Positions 38,390 to 50,504 of a stretch of 64,000 nt of DNA are shown here, in pieces. Each line of letters starts with the position of its first letter. Position 1 is the stretch's first letter. The notes under the pieces were generated by a model. That model saw only the letters and a list, made by a program, of their open reading frames with translations. It made no database searches and was not told the DNA's origin. A program made the translations under genes and the position numbers. This DNA is from Macrostomum lignano (taxonomy: Eukaryota), in contig NIVC01000538.1 of NCBI GenBank assembly GCA_002269645.1, positions 248,001-312,000 on the forward strand, read 5' to 3'.

Positions 38390-38990
38390 TACGAGGTGTG
38401 TCAGAAAAGTTCCAGGACTGGGCTCAAAGAAACTTTGTTAGCAAAAATCAATCAGAATCAAATCTGGCTCCTTTAAAGTACTCCCCCTGAGCCGAATGCA
38501 CTTGTTCATTCTTCTGCGCCAGGCCTCCATGCAGCCCTGGAAGGCTTTTATGGGAATACTTTGCAGTTTTGTCGTCGTGGCCCTTCTGATGGTATCAACA
38601 TCAGGAAATTGAGTACCTTTGAGAACCTCCTTGAGCTTAGGAAATAGGAAACGCTCGGAGCTAGATCGGGTGAATGTGGAAGCTGATCTAGCACAGTGAC
38701 ATTCATATTCGCGAGATACTCACTGACACTTAGAGCATTGTGAGCTGGCGCATTGTCCTGATGAAGGAACCTCGAGTTGCCGAGTTGGCTTCTCACAAAT
38801 CGCGTCTCTTGTCTCGCACTGAAGGAATTTGCTGCAGGATCCCTTTGTACTCGTACACATGCTGATTGATTGTTTGGCCTTGGCGCAGAAACTCGATGTG
38901 GACAACGCCTCTGACATCTGACGTTGAAGGTCTTCCACTCCTGGTGTCGTCCTGCGACCTCCTCTTGCCCCTCCTTGAATCGCTCTCAAC
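38390..38990 (-). mobile_element. Mariner (Tc1/mariner) remnant with one TIR and an internally deleted transposase
   Basis: TA followed by CGAGGTGTGTCAGAAAAGTTCC at 38390; QDNAPAH, HSPDLAP, FPKLK, GVVHIEFL..GQTIN, DDTRSGRPST. The insertion TA corresponds to GAGTATG in the uninterrupted H1 copy (~31130). Confidence 0.92.
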
Positions 38991-39947
38991 ACGAAATAAA
39001 CAGAATATCCTTAAATCTTCCAATAAATAAACTGATGAAAACAAACTTACCTGCTGGAGTAGCTCGGTGTATCTCAAATACGTTGCAGAATCGGAACTGC
39101 TCAGCAATCGGATTTTCTTGTAAGGCGATGCCGCCGGAAAAATTTCCACAGTGGGGATCTGCTGACACACGCCATGACGCTGTTGGCTCGAGTCCCATGC
39201 AACACAACGGGCAGCAGCTGGCGAAAGTCACCAGCGCAAACGAAAACCACTCCGCCGAATGGCACGTTCTGCTTCCGCACGTCTCGCAAGCACCGGTCGA
39301 CGGCCTCCAAATCCTTCCGGTTTGTCATAGAAATCTCGTCCCAGAGAATTAGACGCACTGTCCGAAATACAGCGGCCTGTTTGGACTGCACTCCAACAGC
39401 GCACACGTCTTTGCTTGAACGGATCGCTCGTATTGGTATCTTGAACCTGGCATAGACAAATAGTTTCACCATGCCGGACATATTTACAGCACACGAAATA
39501 TTTACAACTGCTTTTTGAAATGTTGAGAACAAATTACTTACGTTGAATGCGCCGTCTGTCCACCTGGCAACAGAGTCGCTGCGATTCCAGAAGCCGCAAT
39601 GGCGAGGGCGACTTCACCCCGGCTGCGCACGAAGGCTAGCAGAACCTCCAGCAGGAAGGTCTTGCCAGTGCCAGCAGGTGCGTCCAGGAAGTGTAAGCCG
39701 CTGTTGCCGTCCACAAGATTCTGAGTCACGGACTCGTACACCGCTTTCTGCTCATCTGTCAGCATTCGTAAGCGCGCCTCAGTAATCAGTGCTTGCTCAA
39801 CCGTATCAAACTGCATTGGTCCATCTTGAGGTATCACGGAGGCCGCAGGCAGGCCGTACTCTGGCAGGCTTCTCCCGCCCATGGAGATCAGCTTGCTCTG
39901 AAGCTCACGCAGCGCCAGGTCAGTAATCTCCTCGGTGCTCAAGTCTC

Positions 39948-42175
39948 TCGATTACCGCCTGGAACAGCGCCGCCCTCTGGCGGTCCGGTAGGGCCTCGGA
40001 CTGCAGGACTGCCCTCACAGAACGAAAGGCAGCCCAGGCAAGCCCGCGGCGGCGTCGCAGGTCCTCGCGAGCGTCTGGAACCAGACCGCCGAGGTAGACG
40101 AACTGCTGACATCGCGGGAGTTCGGTCGCCTGCCCGTCAGCGCCTCGGCAAAATATTGCAGCTTCGATGTCGTCCGGCACGCAGAGCACAACGGTCTTCT
40201 GCGTGTTGACCACCAGGCCGACACTCGCCGCAACGGCAACCAGCCTGTCCAGCTGCCGTTGGGCGCCCTCGACGGTCGAGGACAGCAGGGCGAGGTCGTC
40301 GGCGTAGCCAAGCACGCTGAGCCGCTTCTCCGGTTGACGTCGACCCACGCGTCGCTGCAGCAGAAAACCGTCGTCGTCGGTAGGAAGAGCAGTCCGCAGC
40401 ACCCAGTCAAGCACCAGGACGAACAGAAACGGCGCCAGCGTATCTCCCTGAAGCACTCCGGAGGATGTCTCAAAGGAGTCCGATAGGCCGTCCGGTGTTG
40501 TCACAGCAGCTGTCGTATCACGGTACATCGTCATGACGGCGGAGATCAGCTGCTCAGGCACGTTGTACGCGCGGAGCACCATTGGAAGCACGGCTCTGAC
40601 AACCGAGTCGAATGCCTTCTTGAAATCAATAAAGATTAAAATCAGTATCGACTGACGAATCCGCGCCTCCTCGATGACTTGGCGAAGAGCCAGGATCTGC
40701 GCCACTGTGCCGCGATGGGGCCGGAACCCGTTCTGCTCTGGGCGCAGGTACGGATCCAGCACGGGCTGCAACCGCGAAAGCAGCATCCGGTTGAACAGCT
40801 TCGCTGCACAGGACTGAAGGCAGATGCCTCGATGGTCTTCAAGCCTAGTGGTGCCCGGCTTCTTTGGAACAGCGACGATGTGCGCCGTGGTCCATTCGTT
40901 GGGCGCCGCCTCACCGAAGAGCACGCGGTTCATCACTCTGGCGACCTCAGCGGCCACACAGGGGATGCGCAGCGCCTCGATGGGCACCTCGTCCGGACCC
41001 AGCGCTTTCCCGCCCGGTGACTGCTGGGCGAGCTTGACAACGTCGGCTGCGTTGACTGGGGCTACGCTGAAACTCTCCTCTGCCGGCAGCGGCGTCTCCG
41101 GCGGCAGCGTCAGACTGTCTGGCAGCGGGGGTGGCGGCGCGTTGACGATGGCGGCGAAGAACTCGCGCAGCTCGTTCCTACGCTCGTCCGGCGTGTCACC
41201 AGCCAGGTTCAGCGGATTGCGCCGCTTTCGTCCCGTCAGAGCGTTGATGGCGGACCAGGCCACGCGCCCTCTGGCATCGGGCCCAGCGGCAGAGACAGCC
41301 TGAATGGCGTCATCGACAGCCGCTTGTTGGCGCTGCAGGTAGACAGCTGCCAGAGCTGCCTCTGCCTCGCGGGTTGGTCGCCTGCTCAAGCGGAGCTTCT
41401 CCAGATCTTCCCTCGCTGCCTGAATCGCGGGGTCGTCCTGCCAGACCGGCTGCCCTCGTTGAGCCGGCTGCATCATCGGGACTGCTTGCTCCGCGGCGGT
41501 TCTGACTGCAGCGCACACTTCCGCATACTCGGCACTTCCACGCTTGTCGCCCAGCGCGGTGTTAAAAGCGCTAGCAAAGCGACGCTGCGTATCGGTGGCT
41601 CTGAGCGCGCGGTAGTAGCGCCGCGGTGGCCGCTTCGGCGGACGGTAGAGCGGATCGCGAAGGTTGAGGTCGCAGATGAGGAGCCGGTGATCGGACCGCA
41701 GAGCCAGCGGCGTGATGGTGCGGCAGTTGACGGCGCGACGACGTCCTGTTGTACAACGCCGAGACCTGGACGCTGACGGACTCACTCGAACAGCAAGTCG
41801 ATGCGGCGCACGCTGGTCTGCTGCGCGCCGCCTTCAACATCGGCGTCGAGCGAGTCACCAACGCGGCACTCTATCGCCGCGCTGGCCTGCCACGTCCAAG
41901 TGATCTACTGCGCCGTCGGCGACTCCAGCTCGCAGGCCATCTCATCCGCGCCGAGTCGTACTGCCCACAGCCGGTGCAGGAGGTGCTGCTGCTCACGCTG
42001 CAGGCACCCTACCGGCGAGGTCAAGCGCGAACTCGGCGTTATGTCGACTGTCTGCTGGCTGACGCCGGCGCCCCGGACACTGCCGGTGGCGCGGCCTTTG
42101 TTCGCGCCCAAGCCATGAAGCGCGCCCTGTGACGCTGACTTTTACCATCATGACAGCGTATTTTGTTGTTGTTTG
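39948..42175. mobile_element. RTE-like non-LTR retrotransposon, 5'-truncated with a 5' inversion; 9-bp TSD TCAAGTCTC
   Basis: TSD at 39939..39947 and 42176..42184. The minus part (~41741..39948) encodes the end of the APE domain (SDH) and the RT (FIDFKKAFDSV, GVLQGDTLAP, YADD) up to ..FQAVIE. The plus part (from ~41742) continues VLLYNAETWTL...RRRLQLAGHLIR to a stop at 42132, then a (TTG)n tail. Confidence 0.95.
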
Positions 42176-45100
42176 TCAAGTCTCGGTGGTGGAACCGCAG
42201 GTCCTCGCTGAGATCCTCGGCAAAACTGCACCAGAGGTCGCTGCCATCCTCAGGCTCACCCCATATGAGAATTACGGCCAGAAGATGTCTCAGGGCTCTA
42301 GGCATTCTTGATTGATCGGCCTCAGCTAGATACCGCCGCCAGTGATCATCTCGCTGCAGCAGGCCAAGGGCCATGCAAGCAGCCTTGGCGCTCGGATGCA
42401 CAACGCCGTCCGCGGTCTGCAGCGCCTCGAAGCTAGTCGGTCCCCTAACATTCAAAAGGAGCATTCGAACATAAAATAAATCACCTGCTCTTGGACTCAT
42501 GGTATACATGCGTGCAACGTTTTTGTTCCGCACTTCACCCGGAAGGCCATCGACTCGCACACCCTGCTTGGCCCGCCGCCACTCTCTTTCACTGGAGTGC
42601 CACACGAAGTAGGACGGCACCTCCGTGTAGAGCAAGGACCCAGCAAATTCGTCAATACGGCACAGCTTAAAAAATGCCGTCAACGTCGAATCCTTCGGCG
42701 TTCTCGCTTTTTCTCTTGCGGTCCTCTCGTTGAAATACACGAGCTGCTCTTCCGACTTGTGAACGCAGAGTCGGATGACCGCCGGAAATCTGTTGTGCAC
42801 CTGATCAGAAAGTGGAAGGAAAATATGCAGCCTTTAAGTTTCAATAGAAATTCAACTTATACTTTAACGAAGTGTTCACAGCTCTGGTTAAAATGAGACA
42901 ATAATAATTATTATTATTATAATGCGAATTACTTCAAAGCCCAAGATGGTATTCACGGCTTCCATTGGGCCAATGTAGCGCGCGGACAGGTACTCCTTGA
43001 TCTCATCACGCGGCTCATTTCCTGTCGTTTGCGTCCGCTGCTGGTCACCCACTGCCTGCTCTCTCGGTTCAGTAGAATTCCTATTGGCATCGACTTTGAA
43101 CGTCGCCATGTCGCCACCCTTCAGCAGATACTTGATCACGTACTTGACCGACTTCACGGTGGCGCAAACTTCGACGTTCAAGTGGCACGCAAACTGGAGC
43201 AACAGGTCAGGGCTGTACGGGACGACCACCTTTTTCAATGAAAAAAAATATCATTAACTTTCAGAAACAAAAGCAGCAATGCACAACTAAGCAATATATT
43301 AGCGTTTGAACTCCCCTGTTGTCCATGCGAATGCCCCGGCCTTTGAACAGTTTGTCCACTGTAAATCCGCCCATCTCAGGCGACAGTCTGCGGTACAGTG
43401 GGTAGCCAGTATCGCTGGTCAGCGTCACCTGCTGGAACTCTTTCGGAAAGCCCTTGCTGCATTCGCCATTCTCCATGCAAGGACACGCCGGATTGTCCTT
43501 GCCGCAGGGGCCATGAATCATGTGCCATGAATCACCAGCTCATACAGCACAGGCTGCTGCTCTGGGTCCGGAATCTCGGCAGACACTATGTCATCGTATC
43601 GGTCCGGAGTCACTCGCTGACCGCTCACGAGCCATAAGCAAAAAGTGCACATGGGGGAGACCTGGAGCGTCAAAAAAGTATAAAAAAATATCACAAATCT
43701 TTGTAAATTAAAATCTTAATAAATCTTAACAGTTTGATTCCTGCAAGTCAGAATTTATACTCACCACGCTTCTGGTACTCCAGTGAGCAAACGTGAGCGG
43801 CCTCTTTCCCATAGCGCTTCGTCAGCTGGGCCAACAGAGCTTTCTTCTTCATTTCAAAGACTCGGCTAACAATGTCCGGCCGGTCTTCTGCCCGCTGTCC
43901 AGGCAGCAGCTGAGCGCTGATCTCCGGCCATTTTGGATTGCACGTTGCCGTGACAAACAGGTCCGGCTTACCGAACTTGTGAACATAGGTCATAGCGTCC
44001 TGCAGCCTCTCCATCAGGTACCTTGGCCCGCCAACGAAGCTCGAAGACAGAAGCACATGTGCGGGCTTGCCTATGTCACTCGGATCTCTGTCGGTAGACC
44101 TGCCATCAGCTGCAAACAGAGCGTCCCGCAGACCGCTGTACGTCTCGCTGCGCAGGTCCTGCTGATGGGTCCGCAGATACAGCAGCCTCTCTGCCTCAAT
44201 CTTGGCGCACATGTCCACCAAGTACTGCTGAAATAATCTTCGGCCATAGTGAAGCACACTGAACTGGCCCGCTCGCACCATGATTTCGCTCGCATAGTAC
44301 TTCATGGGCGTCAATTTCTTGCCATTACTCATCCGCAACTCCGGGTGCCAGCCATCTTCGCCATTCGGGAACAGCAGCACATACTCCAGCGGGTCATATG
44401 AGCGGTGCGTCTCACTGATTCGCTGGGAACCGCCTCCACGCAGTTGAATCACCACGTCCCGACTGGCCGGTGTGTTCTCATTATCCTCAACGATCAGGAT
44501 ACCGACCTCGTTTGCCGTAGGCAAGTTGTAGCGCCTGATTTTGAACGGAGTTTGTGGGATACAAAGTCTGTACAAATTTGACAATTGGATAATTTATTAC
44601 GCAAAATATTTTATCAAATAAAATGTCTTGCAGACACACCGAATGTGTTCCCCAGATGGTCGACGGTCAGGGTGAATCACGATTCGCGCATCTCCCAGCT
44701 CCGGATCTTGGCTGATTCGATGAGCGACTGCCCTCAGGCTGCGGACATAGCCGTTGCACTCGTGAAGCAGCGTCTGCAGCAGCTCCAGTAGCTCCGGCTT
44801 CACCTTCCGGCTAAGACTCTGGCGGCTTTCAAGTTCGCGATCGTTGAAATACACCTGCCAGCCATGGGGCTCAGCTGAATCCTCTGCAAACAGCGGCGCC
44901 GTGTTGTGATGCAACTGGCCGCTGATGATGAAGCTGGGACACCAGCCTGGCACCAACCGCAGTTTGGCTCCCAGCGATGTCAGGTGCAGCGCCGAGTTGT
45001 AACTCCTGATATTGGTCAGGAAATCCGCACTCATTCTGTGCCGCCCCATGTACAGATCCGCCAGCACTTGAGGCACGGTGCGGCTGGGCAGTTTCACCTT

Positions 45101-46520
45101 GCCTTTGGCGCAGCAGAAATTCCTCGTCTCAGAGCGCCAAAGTAATGCACCACATTGGTCGCATGCTCTGTCCATTAGGCCACAGTTATGGGATGGCGCT
45201 TCAGGCCTGATAATCCGTTCTGGCCTGTGATTAGAAGGATTATAGGATTAGGAAGGATTAGTAGCAAGCAGTTTTCCCAGTTGATATTTCAGATTACATA
45301 CAATTTTATCAGCATAAAACAACTTGAGTTCGATGGCAAATAAACTGTGATGTCCAGTCACATTAATGACCTACCTATTTTGAGGCCGTCTTGCGCCACA
45401 ATGACCTGCACTCTGCCGAGTTACTCTTGGCTCCTCTGCATCTACAATGGGCTCAGAAACTGGAATCGGATTAGCAAATCGCAATGACTCATAATGCTCA
45501 TGGCGCAAAAGAATTCGGACAATTGCAATCGGTGGCTGCACGGGGGACATAAAGTGCTGCAATACACTGCCATTTTCTTGATAAATCACCAGATCAACAT
45601 TAAAACAACGGCTTAAAAGCGGAACAACTTCATCAGGCACATATGTGCCTTCGGAAAAAGAGGAATAAACAATGAAATCAGCATTTTCTGGCAAAACAAA
45701 GCCTTGTTCAATCAATTCTGGCATAATCTGCACTACACGGCTCGTCAGCTCGTGTCTTAAAGATGCCGCATCGGTTTCAAGTGGAGTGCCCTGCAACTGG
45801 TCACAGACTGCATGAAAAAAACAGTTCCCATCACCAGGAATTCGAATTATGCGCAACGCATCAAAAGGTACCACAGACAGTGTGGCCAACTCATTACTGA
45901 CAAACCTGAAATATGGGAAATATATTGTATACAACTTTTTGGCGGAATTATTAGTATAATGACGAATAATGTTTTATGCTATATTCTACTTTTTCAAATC
46001 TAAAATGTAATCGAATTGTAAAAAATACTTAGAAAACGATTATCATACATAATTTTGTTAGATACCAATCTCATAAATGAAGATTGTTAGAAACCTGCAT
46101 AAACCAATAACCCTAGAAGCCAATCGCATATCCCCATCCCCAATCCCCAAATATACTAAATATTTAACTTACTATTCTTAGAAACCGATCGCATAGGGTA
46201 ATACTCTTAGAAACCTACCTACGTCTAATAAATGTACATTCCATCGAAAGTACTGATTTAATAAATAAAATTCCTGGACAGCAATCAACCTCAAAATTAT
46301 GAGGAAAAATTGCATGAAAACAATACTATAAAAATATTCTAGTTTTCATTTTTTCATTTAACGATCAGATAAATATATAGCTCAAATTAAAATTTTACCC
46401 TACCTGCCAGCCGACACTCCTCGACGGCGAATTTGCTCGGCTTCGACTCGACCTCTTCGCTGATCTTCGGTTTCCAAAGCGCGTCGCTTCTCCGCACGAA
46501 TTCTTTCTCCAGATCTACGC

Positions 46521-47073
46521 TCTTCTCGCTGAGCCTCAGTTTCAGTTGCCCTTCGCTTAGCATTCTCCTGCCGGAGTCTCGTCAAGCGCTCTTCTCGCTG
46601 AGCCTCAGTTTCAGTTGCCCTTCGCTTAGCATTCTCCTGCCGGAGTCTCGTCAAGCGCTCTTCTCGCTGAGCCTCAGTTTCAGTTGCCCTTCGCTCAGCA
46701 TTCTCCTGCCGGAGTCTCGTCAAGCGCTCTTCTCGCTGAGCCTCAGTTTCAGTTGCCCTTCGCTTAGCATTCTCCTGCCGGAGTCTCGTCAAGCGCTCTT
46801 CTCGCTGAGCCTCAGTTTCAGTTGCCCTTCGCTCAGCATTCTCCTGCCGGAGTCTCGTCAAGCGCTCTTCTCGCTGAGCCTCAGTTTCAGTTGCCCTTCG
46901 CTCAGCATTCTCCTGCCGGAGTCTTGTCAAGCGCTCTTCTCGCTGAGCCTCAGTTTCAGTTGCCCTTCGCTCAGCATTCTCCTGCCGGAGTCTTGTCAAG
47001 CGCTCTTCTCGCTGAGCCTCAGTTTCAGTTGCCCTTCGCTCAGCCTCCTGCTGCCGGAGTCCAGTCAGCCGCT
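46521..47073 (-). repeat. 69-bp (23-aa) STPR-like coding repeat, ~8 copies (REERLTRLRQENAERRATETEAQ)
   Basis: 69-bp period (46521, 46590, ...). The 23-aa E-T-x-E-x-R-x-x-R-L pattern is typical of STPR repeats. Confidence 0.9.
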
Positions 47074-47489
47074 CTTCACGCTGAACGGCACTCTCTTGCT
47101 GACGCTTCTTCTTGGCATCTCTGCTCTTCTTCAAAGCACTGGTGCCACTTCGAGTCATTTTGTGATTTGAATATAAAAATAATAATTCGGAGTGATAATG
47201 AAAAGAAAAAAATATACAGGTGATTTGCAGGAGAAAAGAGAAAGATTGAAGACTGCATGCACTGAGCTTTTAAAACTCAGCGAACCACACCACCCCAAAA
47301 AGCTAGACACCCTTTGTACGAGTGCACTTTTAAATGTGTACATTGTGTACACTAAGCCTAAATTCTCTCTCCAACAACCATTGTTAATTGGTCAAGACTT
47401 TTCTAGCCTAGTCAAATTTATAAATAATTTAAAAATCTGTCTCAGAAAAGGCTCAGTCAATTTGTGCAGCAATGTTGCATTCTGATTAG

Positions 47490-47700
47490 TCATATTTATA
47501 TCTGGAGGTTTCGCTGCCACTGCGAAAATTGCTGCTTTGAGAGCTGCCAACACTGCGCTCTCCTTTATTTGTGTTTGAGCCCCACGTTTGCCGCCACGGT
47601 TCTTCCGACAGCCGCCGCCGCTGTAGGCCATTGTATGCGCCAGTTGGTGACATTGGCGCCACCCGTGACCCACTTTGCCACAATTGAAGCAGATTTTTTT
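47490..47700 (-). other. Exon with a CCHC zinc knuckle (ICFNCGKVGHGWRQC) upstream of Helitron H2 RepHel
   Basis: An acceptor TTTCAG ends at 47701, followed by a C-x2-C-x4-H-x4-C motif. The upstream exon phase was not resolved. Confidence 0.5.
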
Positions 47701-48530
47701 CTGAAATGTAGAATAAAAATTGGCGTTTGAGAAAGACCACTTGCAAATTCTTCTTCTATCTCCTTCGTATTTTTGCCTCTCCGTCATTTAGACTCTACTT
47801 GCTTTTTTACCTACTCTGAACTCAAAATAAATTTTACTATTTCGCAAGGCGAGTGTCTCTAGAAAGCAACGGAGTAAGTAAAAGTAACAGACATTCTACA
47901 AGCGTCAAAAAGATACCTACTGAAGATTGAGCCACGCTTGCCCTCCAACTTGTGGTGCTTGTCATCGTTACAGCCAGTACGTCGCATTCGTTTGGCATTC
48001 TTCTTATATTTTGCGTCATTTTCAGCACTTCCTCTATGGTTGCCACAGCTGGAGCTGTAAAAGTGCTGGATAATCTTCATTTCTGAACTTAATGAGACAG
48101 AGACAACTTTCTGAGACAGAGACAACAGCTGAGACAGGGCCAACGTTGGACAGACTTTATATTATAGTGAAATCGAGAATGGCTTGTACGGCGTGCGCTA
48201 ACCGGCGTTTGCGATTGGCTAGGAGGGTTGTTTGGCTCCACCCGTGCGGGGTGGGTTTGCGGCGTCAAGTTGAGCGGTTGTGTTCTGTGCCAACACGATT
48301 TGTACATTATTTTTCATCCCCTTTGTACATCAGTGTTTTAATTAATGGAGATGCGAATGAGCCTTTAGCCGTTGCGCAACACACTTCTGACCTACCCTCG
48401 CCCCAAAAGCCCGTTTATACCATGGAGGAAGGAGAGCACCTGGAAAGGCAATCAGAGAGCTCAGGGGCTCTGAGAGCCAGCCCATGATACACCACAGCGC
48501 GTTGATACTGCGTACTTATAACAGGGAGCC

Positions 48531-48645
48531 GCTCTCTCTCTCTCTCTCTCTCCATCTGTCACTCTCTCCATCTGTCACTCTCTCCATCAGTCACTCCATC
48601 TGTCACTCTCACCATCTGCCACTCTCTCCATCTGTCACTCTCCAT
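48531..48645 (+). repeat. (CT)n microsatellite followed by ~16-bp CCATCTGTCACTCTCT repeats
   Basis: Directly visible. Confidence 0.85.
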
Positions 48646-50467
48646 TTACAAATGATCAAATTTACAGTACACAAATGATTCAAAGTACACAAATGACTGA
48701 ACATGAAAATGAGCCGGCTGCTTAATTGCAAATGTCAATCGCTGATTGCAGCTGACGCTAACTTTAATATTGTGTCATGTGCTGCGTGCAGTGCCTTATT
48801 TCACTCAGGCCCTAACCGATATGATCCAGAGAGTAAATATTGATTTTCTGTATCCGTTTTGAAAATTTAGCTGCAATAATTACACTTGCATCAAGCATCA
48901 AGTACATTTCTCGTTTCTGGAATTGTACACATGCGCTCTCAATGAAAAAAGCAGTTACTCTGTATATGTTTGTTATGGAGCTCCAAAGACTGTATGATTG
49001 ACAACCATGAAGTGTCTAACAAGTACTTGGGGTACTCTGAGATAGCAGTTGGGTGCCCCGTCGCTCCATGCGTCCGTGGGTAGGCGTCCCGTCTAACTGG
49101 CTTGCGCGTTATCCAGTTATTAATTAAAATCCCATAAACTTACCACATTGGCGCCCCCTTTATACTCGGCACTCCCCACCAATGAAAAATCGATCGTATA
49201 CTTCCAAGCAACATTCAGATACTTCCAAGTAAAAACACATGTACGTGTCTGTAAATGTGCACGACAGCCAGGATACTATGAACACAGAACCTGCGACTGG
49301 AACTTTCACATGCACTACTATTGCGAGTATACGAGCGTATATGGAAGACGGAAAAAAGCTACGAAGAAGCGTTAAGCTGTTGGTTCTATTTAAATTCACT
49401 GCTATGTACGACTTCAGTGAAGAAAATTTAACAGTAGAGCTGGAAGAACCAGCGTGACCATAACCGATCATTACTCGATAAATGAAGATGAACATGCATT
49501 AAGCAGGCAGTTAACACTTTAATCGAGAGCTTGCAATTAATCACTGCAAGGCTTAGAATGTTTAAAGTGATTTTTAATTTAATTTTAAATAATACTAATT
49601 TCATTTAAGTTCTCTTGATATTGTCGTCAAACAAACATTCGGACACATTTGATTATAAAAAAGAATACAATGCAAAGTAAAGATTATGCTTGTTGTCGAT
49701 TTGTTCAAGCAAAGTCGCCAAGTCGAAAGTAGGAGAAAAACGAGGAGAATGACGATGAATTTACATGGCACTGCAATAAATGCAACGGTAAAGCACTTCA
49801 TTTGAGCTATGTTTACTGTTCAGCAAAAACCGTGCTGAAAAGGCATTTGTTCTGGAGCTGCCACTGTCTCGTGGTATTTCTTAAACTTTTCGTTTGCAAT
49901 AGCTACATGTACGTTCAATTAGGCTAACATTTATTTTGCTCATACGTACAGTCCCTAATTATTGATCGCACCACTTTCATTCTTCACTGATCGCCCCACC
50001 CCACATTACGCTCACGTGTATTGTACGCTTTCACTCAGCTCATTAAATATATCGACCCAGAGCATCTCGTTCAAGAGGCCTTTTCGTTTTTCATCGTTGC
50101 AATAGCGCAGCATATAGTTTGTCTTTCATCTCGAGTTATTCTAGCAACCAGCATTACACGTATGAACAAAGAAATTGAAAGAATTGTAGGATGTAGAGAG
50201 AGTTACTACAATATTTCCAGGGGAGTAGCCAAGGGCCAATCGCCTATGAGAGAGGCTGGGCTTTGAGAAGTGGCGGGGATCTAGGGAGGCTTGGGTGCGG
50301 GCACTGGGGATATAAAAAATTAGAAGCCGCGAGGCCATGTCATACGTTAAATTAAGCCAATAGCATAAGGAATTTCTTTCTTTTTCCATTGACATTCGAT
50401 CACTCTGCCCTCTGAAGCAATGACGGCTGGGCCGCAGCGGCCCAGATTAAAAATTCCGCCAATCTCA

Positions 50468-50504
50468 CCCCCCCCCCCAATTGGAAATCCTGGTTACGCC
50501 ACTG
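50468..50504 (-). mobile_element. Isolated DNA-transposon-like terminus (CAGTGGCGTAACCAGGATTTCCAATTGGGGGGG)
   Basis: This CAGTGGCGTA..poly-G end is typical of animal non-autonomous TIR elements. No partner end was found. A similar-style end (CAGGGGCGCCGCCGTGGAATTT) is at ~35890..35922. Confidence 0.4.

Larger units (their letters stand above)
38045..47158 (-). mobile_element. Helitron H2: multi-exon RepHel pseudogene (STPR-like repeats, OTU protease, Zn finger, Rep/HUH, PIF1 helicase), interrupted by a LINE and a mariner
   Basis: Exons 47158..46404, 45905..45375, 45224..44640, 44534..43765, 43661..~43315, ~43229..42933, 42800..39542 (split by the LINE), 39446..39051 and a 3' piece 38389..38045. 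Motifs: PGDGNCFFHA/HEHYE (OTU), CDQCGALLW..E..FCCAKGKV, PDLFVTATCNPKW, EYQKRG|LPHVH, KYVIKYLLKG, DAPAGTGKT, WDEISM, GDFRQLLPV, HKSQGQS. Several frameshifts are present. Confidence 0.95.
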
